DNA of 63,522 nt, counting the filler, from Parasitella parasitica NRRL 2501 (lineage: Eukaryota; Fungi; Mucoromycota), in the NCBI GenBank assembly GCA_025201805.1. It is 14 parts of 14 records of this genome, joined end to end, with 100 filler letters (N's around TTAATTAATTAA, not from the genome) between each part and the next. Parts side by side here need not be neighbours in the genome. Positions count along the whole stretch, not along the records: positions 1 to 21,615 come from MU619307.1; 13 more parts are not named here. One strand, 5' to 3'. The translations under genes were made by a program, and so were the position numbers. This document shows, piece after piece, positions 1 through 13,936 of this stretch. Position 1 is the first letter of the stretch. Each line of letters begins with the position of its first letter. Under the pieces are notes generated by a model. The model saw only the letters and a list, made by a program, of their open reading frames with translations, was not told the origin of the DNA and did not search any database.

Positions 1-3000
1 TGGGCGCTCTACACGATGGTAACATTTCATAATTCCCGTACGCTTATGAAAGAAATTCTGCTGAGAAAACCTCAAAACAGATCAAGAGGGAAAAGTCAAA
101 ATTTTGCTTAATCAGAGCGCATTCCCAGTCTTTCAGATCAAGGAATGATCTTTTACGATCATTTTCCTCCAATATATGCTATAGTAAAAAGTTGCATTTT
201 TGAGGTCAAAATCGAGGATAATGCATAATCGATGATTTTGGATGTGTGGATACAAGGAAAAAATTGAAAAAATCCGTCATTTTGCATCGAAAAAAAAAAT
301 CATGCTCAAATTGCACCAAAATCATATATAATATAGTTTTTTCCCAATGGATACTATTTTTCGTATTTTCAAGGTACTTTTGATAATAAAAATTAATCAA
401 AAATGGTACACAAAGTTAAATCTGTTGCTTTTAAGCGGTAAACAATATCTATCTAGAGATGATATCACGTCAATATCAATTCTAGTACATGACAAAGCTC
501 TGTAAAGTAAGTATTTTTAATGCCACAAGTATACCTTTCTTCATAGTAGTGTGGTAGAACAGGTGTGGCTCAGCGAGTTGGAAGCAGGAGAAAGTAGTTA
601 ATGAATACAATGTTTTTGCTGTAATAACCTCTTGCTATTTGTGAATAATTCATAGGTTGCTAATTGCTAGTGACAGAGAAGCCTTATCACCATTGTTGCT
701 TATACTAATGCTTAATATCAGTTCAAGAATCCTTTTTTTTTGTGATTCTAATGCTTAACATGTAAAATAGAAAATGGAATAGAGGTTGAGGGTGATTTTA
801 CTGACAAAAGTCAAGCTTCATTATAAGCTTTTGGTCGATTCCAGGTTCCAGGCACTGTTTTGTAGAGTTTTAAAATTCTGAATAGGGGATAACTTCCTAT
901 ACCAAACATATTTTTGTACACCAACCCGTCCGTTATAACGATTATTGGCTGTATATTCTTTCCTTGATATTGGATATGCTGACATAACTCCACAGATGTA
1001 ACATAAAATGATAATGCAAAGTTGTAAAAACAGAGATGATTTTTTTTTGTGTAAATACATAATTTGACGGATATGTACAAATTAATGCCTTATTGTTATA
1101 TGCAGTATGATATTTTGATACTTTGATATTTTGATGGTTTTGTGGTTTAACCATTTTTTAGTTTAAATACCTATGCAGTTCTATAGACTTGTCTAAATAT
1201 TTGGGCTTATTTAGATGTCTAATATCTAACGGATATATCTGAAATAATTTATCAATTATGAAATTCAAAAAATTTTGTATTGTGGCCCGTTTGCGATTGT
1301 TCACTTTCAGGTATCTGAAGTACATGTCGTTAAGTGTCGAAAAAGAATTTTCATTGCATTGAAAAATGGGACAATAAAAAACCCAAATAGTCATTCATTT
1401 AAAAATACCTACTGCCCCTGCACAATGGCTGTTTGATCAAAAATAAAATAATTAGGGCATCGTAATTTCACATATCATTATAAATGTTCCCTATTCTTGG
1501 GCATTGTTAATCTAAAATAGAAGTCAAAAAGTGTGATTGTATTTAATACTTCTTGTCTCTACCGTACTTAAAATGTTCTTACGAAGACATTTCTCTTCTC
1601 TCAGAAACTTCTCAGCTTTTATCAGAAACTCTAATATATCTATATCATCACAAATACCGTGACATTTATCATTTACATGAACTTTTTTTCAGGAACCATA
1701 AAAAGACTGTTTCAGTTTCTAAAGATGCAAGTGCCCAACAGTCCACTTAACTCGATTATACAACTCAACAACATGGCAAATATCCACTTTAACGACTATA
1801 AACCATTGATATATTTATGAGTTTGACAGGCTTGATGCTAAAAAAAAGCTCAAAGTTACTATAGCATAGAAAATCATGGACAAGATTACTTGTATTTGAT
1901 CGAACCTACCATTTATCTCTCGAACCAGCTTCTTTTGAGAAAACTCGAGAAGCGCACCGAAATTACTTATTTAAATAATCAAGCATCGGCTAAAGAAAGT
2001 TTGAGAGAATACTGCAGGTTAGGCGTGGTGCTGAAAATCTTGGCACTTTACGCACATTAGTAAAGACTTGCAATGAAGCATTGGTCGTTTTGGACTAGTG
2101 ACAATTGAAGTTATCTTATACTTCAAAAAGCGGTCAATACAGCTAACAAGCGCCCATTAAGTCCAAGAGAACTAACAGCCTCGTTTAAAACTAAAACAAA
2201 GTTTTTAAGTTAGAAAAGCTGATAGTTGACAACAAAGCGATCAAGGCAGGTTTTTAAATTACAACCTTTTTTTCAATGAAAGTACATTTGCTTTATGGCT
2301 CTTTTTAGCAAGTTACATGTGAATTTGTTGGCTGTTTGGTTTCAGTAGATCAGAATCTACAGCGGATTGTGAATGCTCTAGTCAATTGGCTTTTTAAGTG
2401 AGGGTAAAACTGAATTAGACAAAGGATATACTCGAATTACAGCTATATTTAAAAGAAATAAATATGCAAACTCTCTTCATAGACCAAGTACTGTATACTG
2501 TACTATTGCTCTTCCAGAATCGGGAATAGGCAATAACAATAAATTTCGACTTAAAACCATATCGTTAGGCATTCAAGTGAGATTTCTGAAGTTTATGCAT
2601 TTCATTAAGAAAACTACGTTGAAACAAGTGGTAAGCTTGGTGGAAAATTGTGATATGCATTATCTGGGCTTTCTCTCTCTCTCTTTTATTGTATTGTTCC
2701 AATAAGTATTCTATAGAGAATTAATTAATTTCTTGTAACCTCATATAATCATACCAAACCAAATCGATGCAATTGATACACGTAATACCAAAGATCTTTG
2801 AATTTCAAGAAAAGAAAGTTTAAAACACTGGTATTAACGCTATAAACTTATTTGGAAAATTAAACTGATTTATATTATATTTACGTAGACTCATCTATTC
2901 CAACTATGCTTTCCCAGTTCTGTTGATTTGCATACCCAGTGCTCATATCAACTAATGGTACAAGAAGTAATTGCTATTGTTCGGTTCCCCCGAAATATAA

Positions 3001-3457
3001 GCCAAAGTACTAAAACATATTCTTGTGTAGCTTTCCGCAATGCATGTGAAACTATATTCTAACATAATTATTAGTTTTGATGTTTTTCTAAAGAAATAAC
3101 CAGCTGCAAGATAAGCGAGTCTTTTCATCCAACAAATCAAATAACTGTCAAATTTGTCTATGTAGCTAGTGAGACAATAGCAGATTATTCATGATTCTAA
3201 GGCTTTTTTTTGCGTGATACACACCTGCGAAGACACTGTCCATAGATCTCCGGACTGTGTAAATAGTACTTGTTATGTTAGAATGTGCTGTGTGTTCATA
3301 ATTGACCCATTCAGCAACCGACATCTGACTATAATTGCGTGTGTAACTTTTTCGATTCTCGCTTGTCGAGTTTTTTTTCCGTTCAATTTAAATCAAAAAC
3401 TTCATAGACTGTACAACTGTATTCGTATCCTTTTTTCTTTTCCAATTTTCTTAGCAC

Positions 3458-5214
3458 ATGACGGATCATACACGGTTAGATGACAGTAAATCTTGGCAAG
3501 GCAACGAAGATTTAGAAGAGTTATCTTTTATTTTCAAAACCTACAAAATTCGTTTCTTTGGGTTAACTGTCATTGCACTATCCAATATTGCATCTTCCTT
3601 AAATTGGCTGGCAGTTGCACCTGTTCCGGATTATGCTAGTGAATTCTTCAACAACATTGGATTAACAGCTATCAACTGGTTCTCAAACGTATTCATGCTG
3701 ACATATCTTGTTGCTGGCCCTGCTTCCAGCTGGGTATATGAGCATTGGTCAATAAAAATGGGTGTATGTCGAATCCCAGGCTTTGATAATTTGTGCCTTA
3801 CAACTAATATCTAGAATAGATTATTATCGGCGCAGTTTTGCAGACTATTGGTGCTTGGCTGCGCTACTTTTCTTCTTTTGTCAATGACCCCACTGGTAAA
3901 CTAGCTTTAGCCATTATTGGGCAAGTAAGTTGTCTATGTGTTTGATTGATTCTTGATCTCGATACTGACAAACAACAACTTTAGACAATTTGTGCTATTG
4001 GCCAACCTTTTATTCTTAATGTTTGCACACCGGTAAATTGGCGCATACCAGGAATTAAGAATCATCAATAACACTCTATTTTCTGTGTAGTACGCTGCAT
4101 TATGGTTTAGTGCTGACGGTAGAGGTACCGCTTCCATGGTTGGTGGCATTGGTAAGTTATTTCAAACCAATAACTATGCATAATAATAACCCACAAATTT
4201 AGCAAATTCTATTGGCATGGCCATTGCATCTTTAATTATTCCAGCTATTGTTACTGATTCTGCTACTATGAACACTGGTGTAAGGTTTTTCGCTACTGTT
4301 CTTTTGTAACGACATGTTAATTTCTCTGCTTCCAGTTTCTTGTCGTTGCTTGTATCACCACGGGGTGTACTCTTCCTGTGTTCTTCATCCCCAAGAAACC
4401 CAAATCTCCTCCATCCTATAGTGCCTCTTCTAAGAACAAATTTGCACTTACATTTGCACAATCATTTTGTGAGCTATTTTCCAACTGGAATTTTCTCATC
4501 GTTATGCTATCTTTTGGTATCTTGTGTGGTCTCGCTTCGGCATTTACCTCTCTTTTAGCTCAGATTGTTGGCCCATACAGCATTGGCGTTGATGATGCTG
4601 GTTATTTAGGTGCGGCTTTTATCGTTGCTGGTCTTGTGGGCGCTATTGTCACTGGTATTTTTATTGATAAGACGGGTCGCCACAAAATTGTCATGAAAAT
4701 CTACGTTCCCATTATCGGTGCTTTGTATTTAGCCTTTTATTTTGTTGGTAAAGTATTCTGTTGCGTATGTCATTCTTGAGGTTTTCATTCTCGCTCATTT
4801 GTATTCATTACATAGTTAAAACTGGTCAATACGATGCTATTATGGCTGTTTGTGTTCTTTTAGGTTTCTTTACCTTTTCTCTGCTGCCTGTTGCTCTCGA
4901 ACTTTCGGTTGAATGTTAGTAGTAAACTGATTATCGTCGACAATGGCAATAACACTTCTATTTTTTGTTTTTGTATAGCATCTTATCCTGTGAGTGAAGC
5001 CATTTCTAGCTCCTTGTTATGGATGTGTTCTCAAGTTTTAGGCCTTGTCATGTTGGCTGTCTTGGATGCTCTTCGTAATGCTGATGGTAAAATGGACCGT
5101 GGTCTTATCTTCGTTACATGCCTTGCTTTTCCCCTTAGTATCATCACTACCATCTATAATAGCCCTAATAAGCGTTTAGAGTTTGAGGATAAAAACAAAG
5201 CTTCAAGCTCTTGA
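3458..5214 (+). CDS. Major facilitator superfamily transporter (FLVCR/MFSD7-like, SLC49 type), multi-exon
   Basis: ORF pieces 3458-3763, 3820-3924 and onward to 5214 are joined by short GT-AG introns (e.g. gtatgt 3764..aatag 3819). The product has hydrophobic TM segments and the motifs FKTYKIRFFGL, IGAWLRY, GQ-TICAIGQPF, AALWFSADGRGTA, PKKPKSPPSYSA, GIFIDKTGRHK and YPVSEAISSSLLW. Confidence 0.88.
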
Positions 5215-5329
5215 AAAAAACACCATCTTTTATGGATAATTGACGTTTATTTCGAAATTCTCAAAACATGCAATTTCAAAGAGAGTAGAATATCAATACT
5301 TCAAAAATAGTCAATAGCAGAGTTGACTA

Positions 5330-5750
5330 CGTCTTGCCACTATCATATTTGTTTCTTTCTCACTACGTCCATGGTTGCTCTGCCTTCATCGTCAAGTTGA
5401 TTAAATGATTGAACTTGAAGTAGCATAAATGGTCCCGGAGTATTTTGAAACTCGATATTCCTAGAATAGTCTATTTTTGGACTAAATCTAATAGTAAGCT
5501 TTACATATCTGCGATTATTGTAGTTACTGTCAATGAATACTCCCACTACCAGGAGCATTGATTAAATACACATAGTAGAGATAAACAGTTGAAACATGAT
5601 ACATTTACTCGTATACGAGCTGGTCACCCCACCCACTCTGGTGATTTTTGCATATTCGTAAGATTGAGCTTTGGTTTCACGGGGTCTATCTCGTTCTGGC
5701 GAGGCTGTCACTCGCCGGACTAGATGAAATTTTATTGTACTCAAGAGGAA
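5330..5750 (-). pseudogene. Possible highly decayed LTR-retrotransposon integrase remnant
   Basis: Fragmentary translations (e.g. RVGGVTSSYT) weakly resemble the integrase Zn-finger/core. There is no intact ORF. Confidence 0.25.
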
Positions 5751-6963
5751 ACAGTTTGGAACTGTGATTATTCTGCCGTTAAGGGAAAACTTTAGTCAAG
5801 ACAACAATTTTCTTGCAATCGGGATGAATTCGTCTTTATGTCTCATCCTCATATTGCTTTATAAGAATTTTTATAAGGCTAGGATTTCGGACTCACGAGA
5901 GAGCAACATATATTTGGTCATAAGAAAATACAGGCTTTAGAAGATTTATATGCATGGTTTCCAAAATTTGGCCGTGAGCCTTGTTTGCAGACATTGCAAA
6001 GGCAACCTAATAGGAAATTGGTGTCGTTGGAAGTTGATAGGAGATTCAGGACACCTTAAAGAAATTTATTGGAATAACACATTCCTCAGCCACAGGTAAA
6101 ATACTACCTCAGGGTTGACAAAGAAAATTACATTGCCTGTGAACAAATGTGTTGTACAGTAAAGAGCTATTGCGACAGTTATAATTAATCAAACACGTAT
6201 GATGCAAACCTTCCGAACTTTGAAAAATCGTAATGATAACCTATTTTCTGTTCTTCATTACCAAAGTTTCATATGACATTAATTTCTAATAAATTGATGG
6301 CAATAAAGCAGGATTTCATGCCAATACGAACTAAAGCGGTTTTCACTTCATGGCAAAACGGATTCATTGCAAGACATGTGCAATTATGCGTGCATCTTTA
6401 AATTGAAAATTGTGCTATTTAAACGAATTTGGTTATATGAAATACTACTAAAAGCATTAACGCTGCTCGTGTTGGAAATAAGCAATATTGCTGATTAAAG
6501 TAATATATAATGATTAGGATTGGATAGTATTGCCATTAGTCAGGAAAATGGTATTTATCAATAGCTAATATAGCGTGCGATTGACTTTTTTGCCGTATAC
6601 AATATAACAAAGCCCTATTACAAAACATGTGTCTTTTCCAACAACTCTGGATTCTAGATCATGAAGCTTTTTACTTGTGCAAATCAAAGGGCTGGGCCAC
6701 TAACAGAACCGCTTATGCTTCATTGTGTTTGGCTCTAATAATGCATATTAAATTTACGCGATTGTGTGGGAAGATTAATAGAGAATATGAACTGATAATT
6801 TTATTTTGATCATTTGATAAAATAAGGGGGGAAAAAAGAAGAGGAATGTGTAGTGATTTTGATTATTATAACAAATAAATTTTCCTTGTTGTTAATAGAA
6901 GCGAAAGTTATTTTTTTTCAATACATGAAAGGGAGAAGAAAAGGGATCACTGCATATTATCAT

Positions 6964-7713
<750 letters not shown>

Positions 7714-8263
7714 TTATTTATAACAAATGACGATAGAACTGCGGCATTGCCCGCTAAGATTAATTGGTTCATTTATATCAACTTGTTGCTTTTAGGCGTC
7801 GTCATTGGGTATCACACAACATGTTTCTTATGGAGGTTACTCCTTTTCTTCCGTAAGTTTCCAAGATTTTCTACCTATGAAATCAAAGCATCCCTGTTCG
7901 ATTTTACATACTTAAGGTCATGCGTAAGACTTGGGCTTTATCCTATTTATAATCGTCAAACTCAATAATAGCAATTCCCGCGTGAAATGAGAAACTACAC
8001 AGAAACCTTCTGGGATTACAATACGTATATCAGGCAACTTTGTTTTTGTGTTCAATCACACTCTATCCCTCTATTCAACCATGTGGCTTCATTTTGTTGA
8101 TGCTTTCAGATGTTTCGAGAAGCATCACATTTTCTCTCGAAGGTTCAGATGAGCAACATGATATATAAGCAAATTTTAGTGAACTTAATTTACAACAATG
8201 ATACAAAACAAAAAGTAAAACCTGCAGTGTACCAAAGTATTCGAACACCCATGNNNNNNNNNN

Positions 8264-8297
<34 letters not shown>

Positions 8298-8870
8298 CTT
8301 TTTTTACTGCAACTGTATGAATGATTAATACTATAATGTTTGACAACATTTAATGTCAATGGATATTGATGCTTAGTGATTCACGGCAATATTTAACGCG
8401 GTGAATATCAAAACAGATGCAGCACACATCGAAATCAACGATGCTGTGACCCGCAGGTAATTTTCCACACGTTCTCAAAGGTATCCTTGTCTGATAGTTG
8501 ACTACACGCATGGATGCATTCACGATACAATGCGAGAACACACGAAAGTGTTTTTAAAATCAAGCATTTGTTCGCTTGTATTTTATGAGCCCTCAAATCG
8601 ACATCATTCGAAGGAAGCAAGCGTGATATTTTATTGCTGCTTTATACATGACCAGAATATTTTATGGTGCTACTTGAGATAGGAAGCTCATAGCAGTCAG
8701 GCATCGCCGGAACAATTACGCCAAAAATAAGAGTGTAGAGATTATGATGCTGGCATGATTTGAATGGTACCGCGCTCTAAAACGTCACGAATAAAGAGTG
8801 GTACCCGTATGGCAAGAAAAGCTTCTTCCTTCTTTTCCTCTCATATTGCTTATCAAATCTATACCGAATC

Positions 8871-10318
8871 ATGGCTGTTGAAGCAGATAACAGCAATGAT
8901 ACACCTCAGGTACCATCCAGAGAAGTAGTGGTAAACACCAACATTGCCGAAAGCGATGCTGAGGAATCCGAGGTAGATGAAGAACACGAAGAAATTACTG
9001 AGCAAGGTAGATTAGTACAGAGTTTTTCAGCCCAAAAAGTGTATTTACACATTTCATAGGTCTTTTGGATGACTATCCCGATGATGCAGAGGTAGAGTAT
9101 GTGGACCAACAAAGGGGACATATTGCTAATTCAAGCCAACATTCAGGAAATCCACTGTATCCATATGAGAGTGAGCAGCATCCCTAATTTAGGGTTAGAG
9201 AGATTCAAGCAAGTTCAGGTGAGTAAGAGCGTTTAGTACATTCGTGTAATGTATTATTGATTCGGCGCCATAGAGCATATGCCTTCGTCAAAACTTCATT
9301 ATTGATATTGAAGGGCTCGATTCCTTGTCTCAACTAACCGAATTGGACTTGTACGATAACAAAATTTCTCATGTTCGAGGCTTGAACAACCTAGTCCAAC
9401 TGGAGTAAGTTACGGTTAAATAGTATGCAACGAAATGCAAGGCGATATCTGATGTCTTGTTAGAAATTTGGATCTATCGTTCAACAAAATCAAACACATC
9501 AAAAACATTGATAAGCTCACACAGCTCAAAAATTTGTATTTTGTTAGTAACAAAATCTCGAAAATTGAGAATTTGAATACATTGGTGAATGTAACAAATC
9601 TTGAGCTCGGCGCTAATCGTATCAGAGTCATTGAAAACTTGGACAATCTCATCAATTTAACACAGTTATGGCTGGGTAAAAACAAGATCACAAAGCTGCA
9701 GGTAACAGCTAGATGAAACGAGAAGAAAAAAAAAATCAACGAAATTTATGCCTTTGTTTGTACAGAACTTGAGTGGTTTGAGAAGCTTGAAGTCGTTGAG
9801 CATTCAGAGCAACCGTTTGACTAAAATCGAGGGATTGGAAGAGTTACACGACCTGGAGGAATTGTACATGAGCCATAATGCCATCGAAAAGCTCGAAGGC
9901 TTGGACAATAATGTAGGTTTTCGCATTGATTAAATTTACCTTGGTCTAAAAGGGAATATAGCTTAAATTGAGCACTTTGGACATTGCCAACAATCTGCTT
10001 GTGTCCATCGAGAATCTATCACATTTACCACACCTGGAGGAGTTCTGGGCCAACAACAATAAATTTGACAATGACGTATATGGTCAAATCGAGAAGGAAT
10101 TGGGATCTATCAAGACGTTGAAAACTGTGTATTTGGAAGGCAACCCCATGCATCTCAAAAACAGAGCCACGTATCGCAACAAGATCAAGCTTGCCTTGCC
10201 CGACATTGAGCAAATAGATGCAACGTAAGGTTTTTTTTTATTATTATTATTACTATTATTTTTGTCTGATAAATCGACCCAAAGACTAACATCAATGACT
10301 GATAGACCTGTTAAATAA
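8871..10318 (+). CDS. SDS22: Protein phosphatase 1 regulatory subunit Sds22/PPP1R7 (leucine-rich repeat), multi-exon
   Basis: Acidic N-terminus, then LRRs (LDLYDNKI, LDLSFNKIKHIKNI, LELGANRIRVIENL, LWLGKNKITKL, LSIQSNRLTKIEGL) and a C-terminal cap VYLEGNP..YRNKIKLALP.IEQIDAT|PVK*. The last intron is 10225-10305. Confidence 0.93.
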
Positions 10319-10460
10319 AACCGTTTTCTCACATACAATAATAAAGCATCTTTGCAGTAGTGGCTTGTGTAATGTCCATTTGCTCGCATTTTTTAATTCT
10401 CCTCCCTTGCTTTCGAATAATTTTGTCCTTTTCACCTTGATTACAACATTGCAAATTGTT

Positions 10461-10500
10461 ATGCTAGAAACGGATAATCCATACATGTTTGGTTCCTCAA

Positions 10501-10551
<51 letters not shown>

Positions 10552-12144
10552 CTTCTTCTTCTTCTTCTACTACTACATCCACCACTACTACTGCTACTAC
10601 TACTGCTACTACTACTGCTACTACTACATCCACGACTACAGCAAACCAGCCATCACAGCCAACGCCACCACCACCTCCATCATCAGCACTTGCTCCTTCT
10701 TTGGCGACTGGAAACGCCAGCAATAACGCCATGCAGCAAGCAAGGCTAATACAGCGCAGTACAAACTTTCATATTAGCAAAGCAGAAAAAGGCGATTACT
10801 ATCATAGCTCGCCAAAAATTAATCCAACCTTTATTCGTCACTTGGAGGAACCACCATCACAATCCATCAACTATTCAAATACATACAAACCCACCAAATC
10901 CATCAACCAGAATACCAGTAGTATAGTATATCCACATAATGACCCCGAAAGGTTCAATAATTTTATGAGATCCTCAGTGGATGCCTATCCCCATCAGCAA
11001 CGTATCAAGAGAGAAGCCTCGCCAAACTTGTTGCCCGCACCACCACTACCACTACCACCATCATCACCACCACCACCATCATCCACCTTTATGACAACTA
11101 AAAAAGCCGACGAAACTGACTGGTACGAACGTGAAAATAAATCACACAAGTCCGGCACTATCACCACTGCCTCCGCTCCCACCACTAGTACAATGCTAGC
11201 CACAAATGCTGAGGTGAGCACGCTGGAAGCTGGCGATAATAAAAAGATCAAGAGACGAAAAGAAATGACCAGTATAATGGAAGACCTTAACAAAGACTTT
11301 CTAAGGAAGAGACAGAGGTAGGTGGCGTCAAAAGTGGTAAAGACCTGTTTGGTTAAAGAGTCTTTTGTTGTAGTCTCTATACAAATAAAATGGATTCGGT
11401 TAATCAGGAATTAAACGACGCACACCAAGGTACAGTCTCGTTGTTTACATTTGGTTCGCTTTCTTATTCGTTCCTGCCAATAGATAAACACTCGAGTTAT
11501 TTAGAAGGGTTAAGGGATTTGGAAATGCTGAGAAGACAGACAATCGATAAAGGCATCTTGCTTCGAAAATATCAAAATGAAGTGACAGATAATCAATTTC
11601 AATTAGAAATATACCAGGCTGAGGAGGAATACACAGTGAGTCTGCGTATATTTTACAATCAATGTCCTACTAATATCACCAAACACAGGCTGAAATTCAG
11701 GACATTAGAGAGAAATTGTTTGCTGGTCTGGATGAGAAACGAAGAAAATTGAAGGAAGAAAAGGACAATTGCGACTTGGCCTATGGTAAAATGCACCCAC
11801 AACATGATTGCTATCGGCGCTTTGTAACCTTTTGAACATAGATGTTATCCTGGAATCTCAGGCTAGACTGCATAAGAGAAATTTACGTAAAAGAGAAAAG
11901 GAGCATCCCGAAAATAAATCGAGTAAAAAGAAGCAATTGACTGGCCCAGCCCTCGTCTTGAAGCTGAAAGACGAGGACATTTTGTCGGATATTCAAGCCA
12001 TGCGAAGCGTATGTTTATTAATCTTGAGACGTGGAGCAAGCACTCACACAGATTAAATCTATTTAGGGCTCGTCGTCCACCAGCAGCACAGCAGCAGCGT
12101 CTGCACCACTTAAAAAGACAAACTCATCCAATAAGAAAAAGTAG
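10461..12144 (+). CDS. Sds3-like subunit of the Sin3/Rpd3 deacetylase complex, multi-exon
   Basis: Low-complexity N-terminus followed by a coiled coil (KRRKEMTSIMEDLNKDFLRKRQ, LEIYQAEEEYT|AEIQDIREKLFAGLDEKRRKLKEEKDN, KRNLRKR, LKDEDILSDIQAM). GT-AG introns; stop TAG at 12142-12144. Confidence 0.75.
10500..10639 (+). repeat. Compound coding trinucleotide microsatellite (ACT)n(GCT)n(TCT)n, encoding poly-Thr/Ala/Ser
   Basis: Visible NCT-codon run in frame with the Sds3-like CDS. Confidence 0.95.
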
Positions 12145-12529
12145 TGCCAAACATTTACCCGTGGTTCCATCAACTGATGGTTCCTTCTCTTGACAATCAA
12201 GCACAACACACACCATTTAAATTATTTATAACATTACAAACACTCTACAGGTTTTACTCTTTCCTTTTCTTGACTTGTCCAGACATTAAACAACATTGTG
12301 TAAATATCGTTTTCCGTTCTTCTTTTTTTTTTTTTTTTTCCAAAGCTTCCATTGTTTGTGATCGATCCGACACCATGTTCCAGAAAAAAAAACAGCACAA
12401 AAAAGCACGTATGATTTTTGGTTTATCGATTAAGAAAACAAAAGAAAAAAAAAAGAAGAAAAAAGCTATAAATAGAGAGCAATTTCCAATGCGTAAACTA
12501 TGTAGCATTTACTTTAACAAGGCTACATA

Positions 12530-13553
12530 ATGGCAGCCAGATCTACGAAAATCAAATTAATCACGTTTGATGCCTACAATACATTATTCAAGCCCAGAGG
12601 AAATTTGACATCTCTGTACGCTCTGGAAGCATCGTATCATGGTATTGCTGTCTCTAAAGACAGTATCAACGAGCATTTTGGAAGGCTGTATAGACAGCAG
12701 CTAGATCAGAAACCATTTTACGGCACAGAACAAGGTCTATCTGTTCGAAACTGGTGGGAAGAATTAGTGTACACAACCTATGTCCATGCTGGTGTCTCCA
12801 AGAAAGGTATCGCCTGCATCACACTGAACATTACACAGAACATTGACATGTCTCTATTGATGTATATAGACCTCGACCCTAAATTTGACAAACTTTTTAC
12901 TGGGTTGTTTGATCGTTTTACACACCAAAAGTACTATGATCTGTTTCCAGATGTTACGCCTACATTGGAGTTTTTGAAAAAAACCGGATTTTGCACTGGT
13001 GTCATCAGTAACACAGATGAGCGAATTAGTATGTATTTTTATGTTGCAAAAAGTGTCTCGATGATAACCTGTCAATAGTTCCTGTGTTAAAGAACTTGAA
13101 GTTGGACAAATACTTTAATTTCATTCTTTCCAGTGTTCATGCTGGCTCTGAAAAGCCTTCAAGGCAAATTTTTGAAAAGGCTCGTAGTCTTTCTGGTAAA
13201 TCGATTCTGCCAGACGAGGTGCTTCATATTGGAGATGATGAAGAAAAGTAAAAAAAAACTCTGGTTAAACCGTTCCATCTTCCATGTTCTAACGTTCTGT
13301 TTTTTCTGCTTTTAGAGATTATCAGGGCGCACTGAATGCTGGAGAAAATGCTGTATTCTTAAATAGAGGTACTGTCAAAGCTGAGCAAGTCAATGCAATA
13401 CCTTTAACCTCTTTGTTTCACCATTCAGGGAGAATACCTTATGAAGACACTCCAGAGAATATCACAGCCTGCAAGGCAAAAAGTGCCAATTATACTAGTA
13501 TTTTATCGTTGAATGAGCTATATCCATTGATGTGTAATAACTTTAAGCCCTAA
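12530..13553 (+). CDS. HAD-superfamily hydrolase (HDHD3/REG-2-like), multi-exon
   Basis: Motif I LITFDAYNTL, motif II GVISNTDER, motif III SEKPS and motif IV LHIGDDEEKDY.GA..AG. GT-AG introns; stop at 13551-13553. Confidence 0.9.
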
Positions 13554-13936
13554 GCGTTCATTGTATTTTAGAATTATTTATTAAAAATGCGTTTTGCTAT
13601 CATGTAAAGAGATAGTTGCTGCTTATAGTTATCTGTTGGGTTATTTCAGGGGCTTTGGCAGTTGGACCATGCAGATCGTTGGCATCGCATGTCAGATAGT
13701 CGTATAAATGACTAATCATACATAAAACGAGCTTAATGTAGGTCTTTTTCCAGGAAGGTTGAATTACTATTATTCTATTTAATAGTTGATTAAAGCATTC
13801 ATGTCTTCGAATGTTTGCGCTCCCGCTCATGCCAAAGCACAACCGACTGAGAAAAAAAAACAGTATAAAAATGCATCCAAATCAAATACACAATTCTATC
13901 TTTTTCCCTCTTGTTTTTCGTAAAGACCATTTTACC

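Noticed and set aside
1840-2200. Possible Tc1-like transposase relic
   Set aside because: No DDE motif or TIR was recognisable.
10292-10749. Poly-Leu and poly-Val/Glu/Ala ORFs
   Set aside because: They are alternative-frame and antisense readings of the trinucleotide repeat in the Sds3-like gene.
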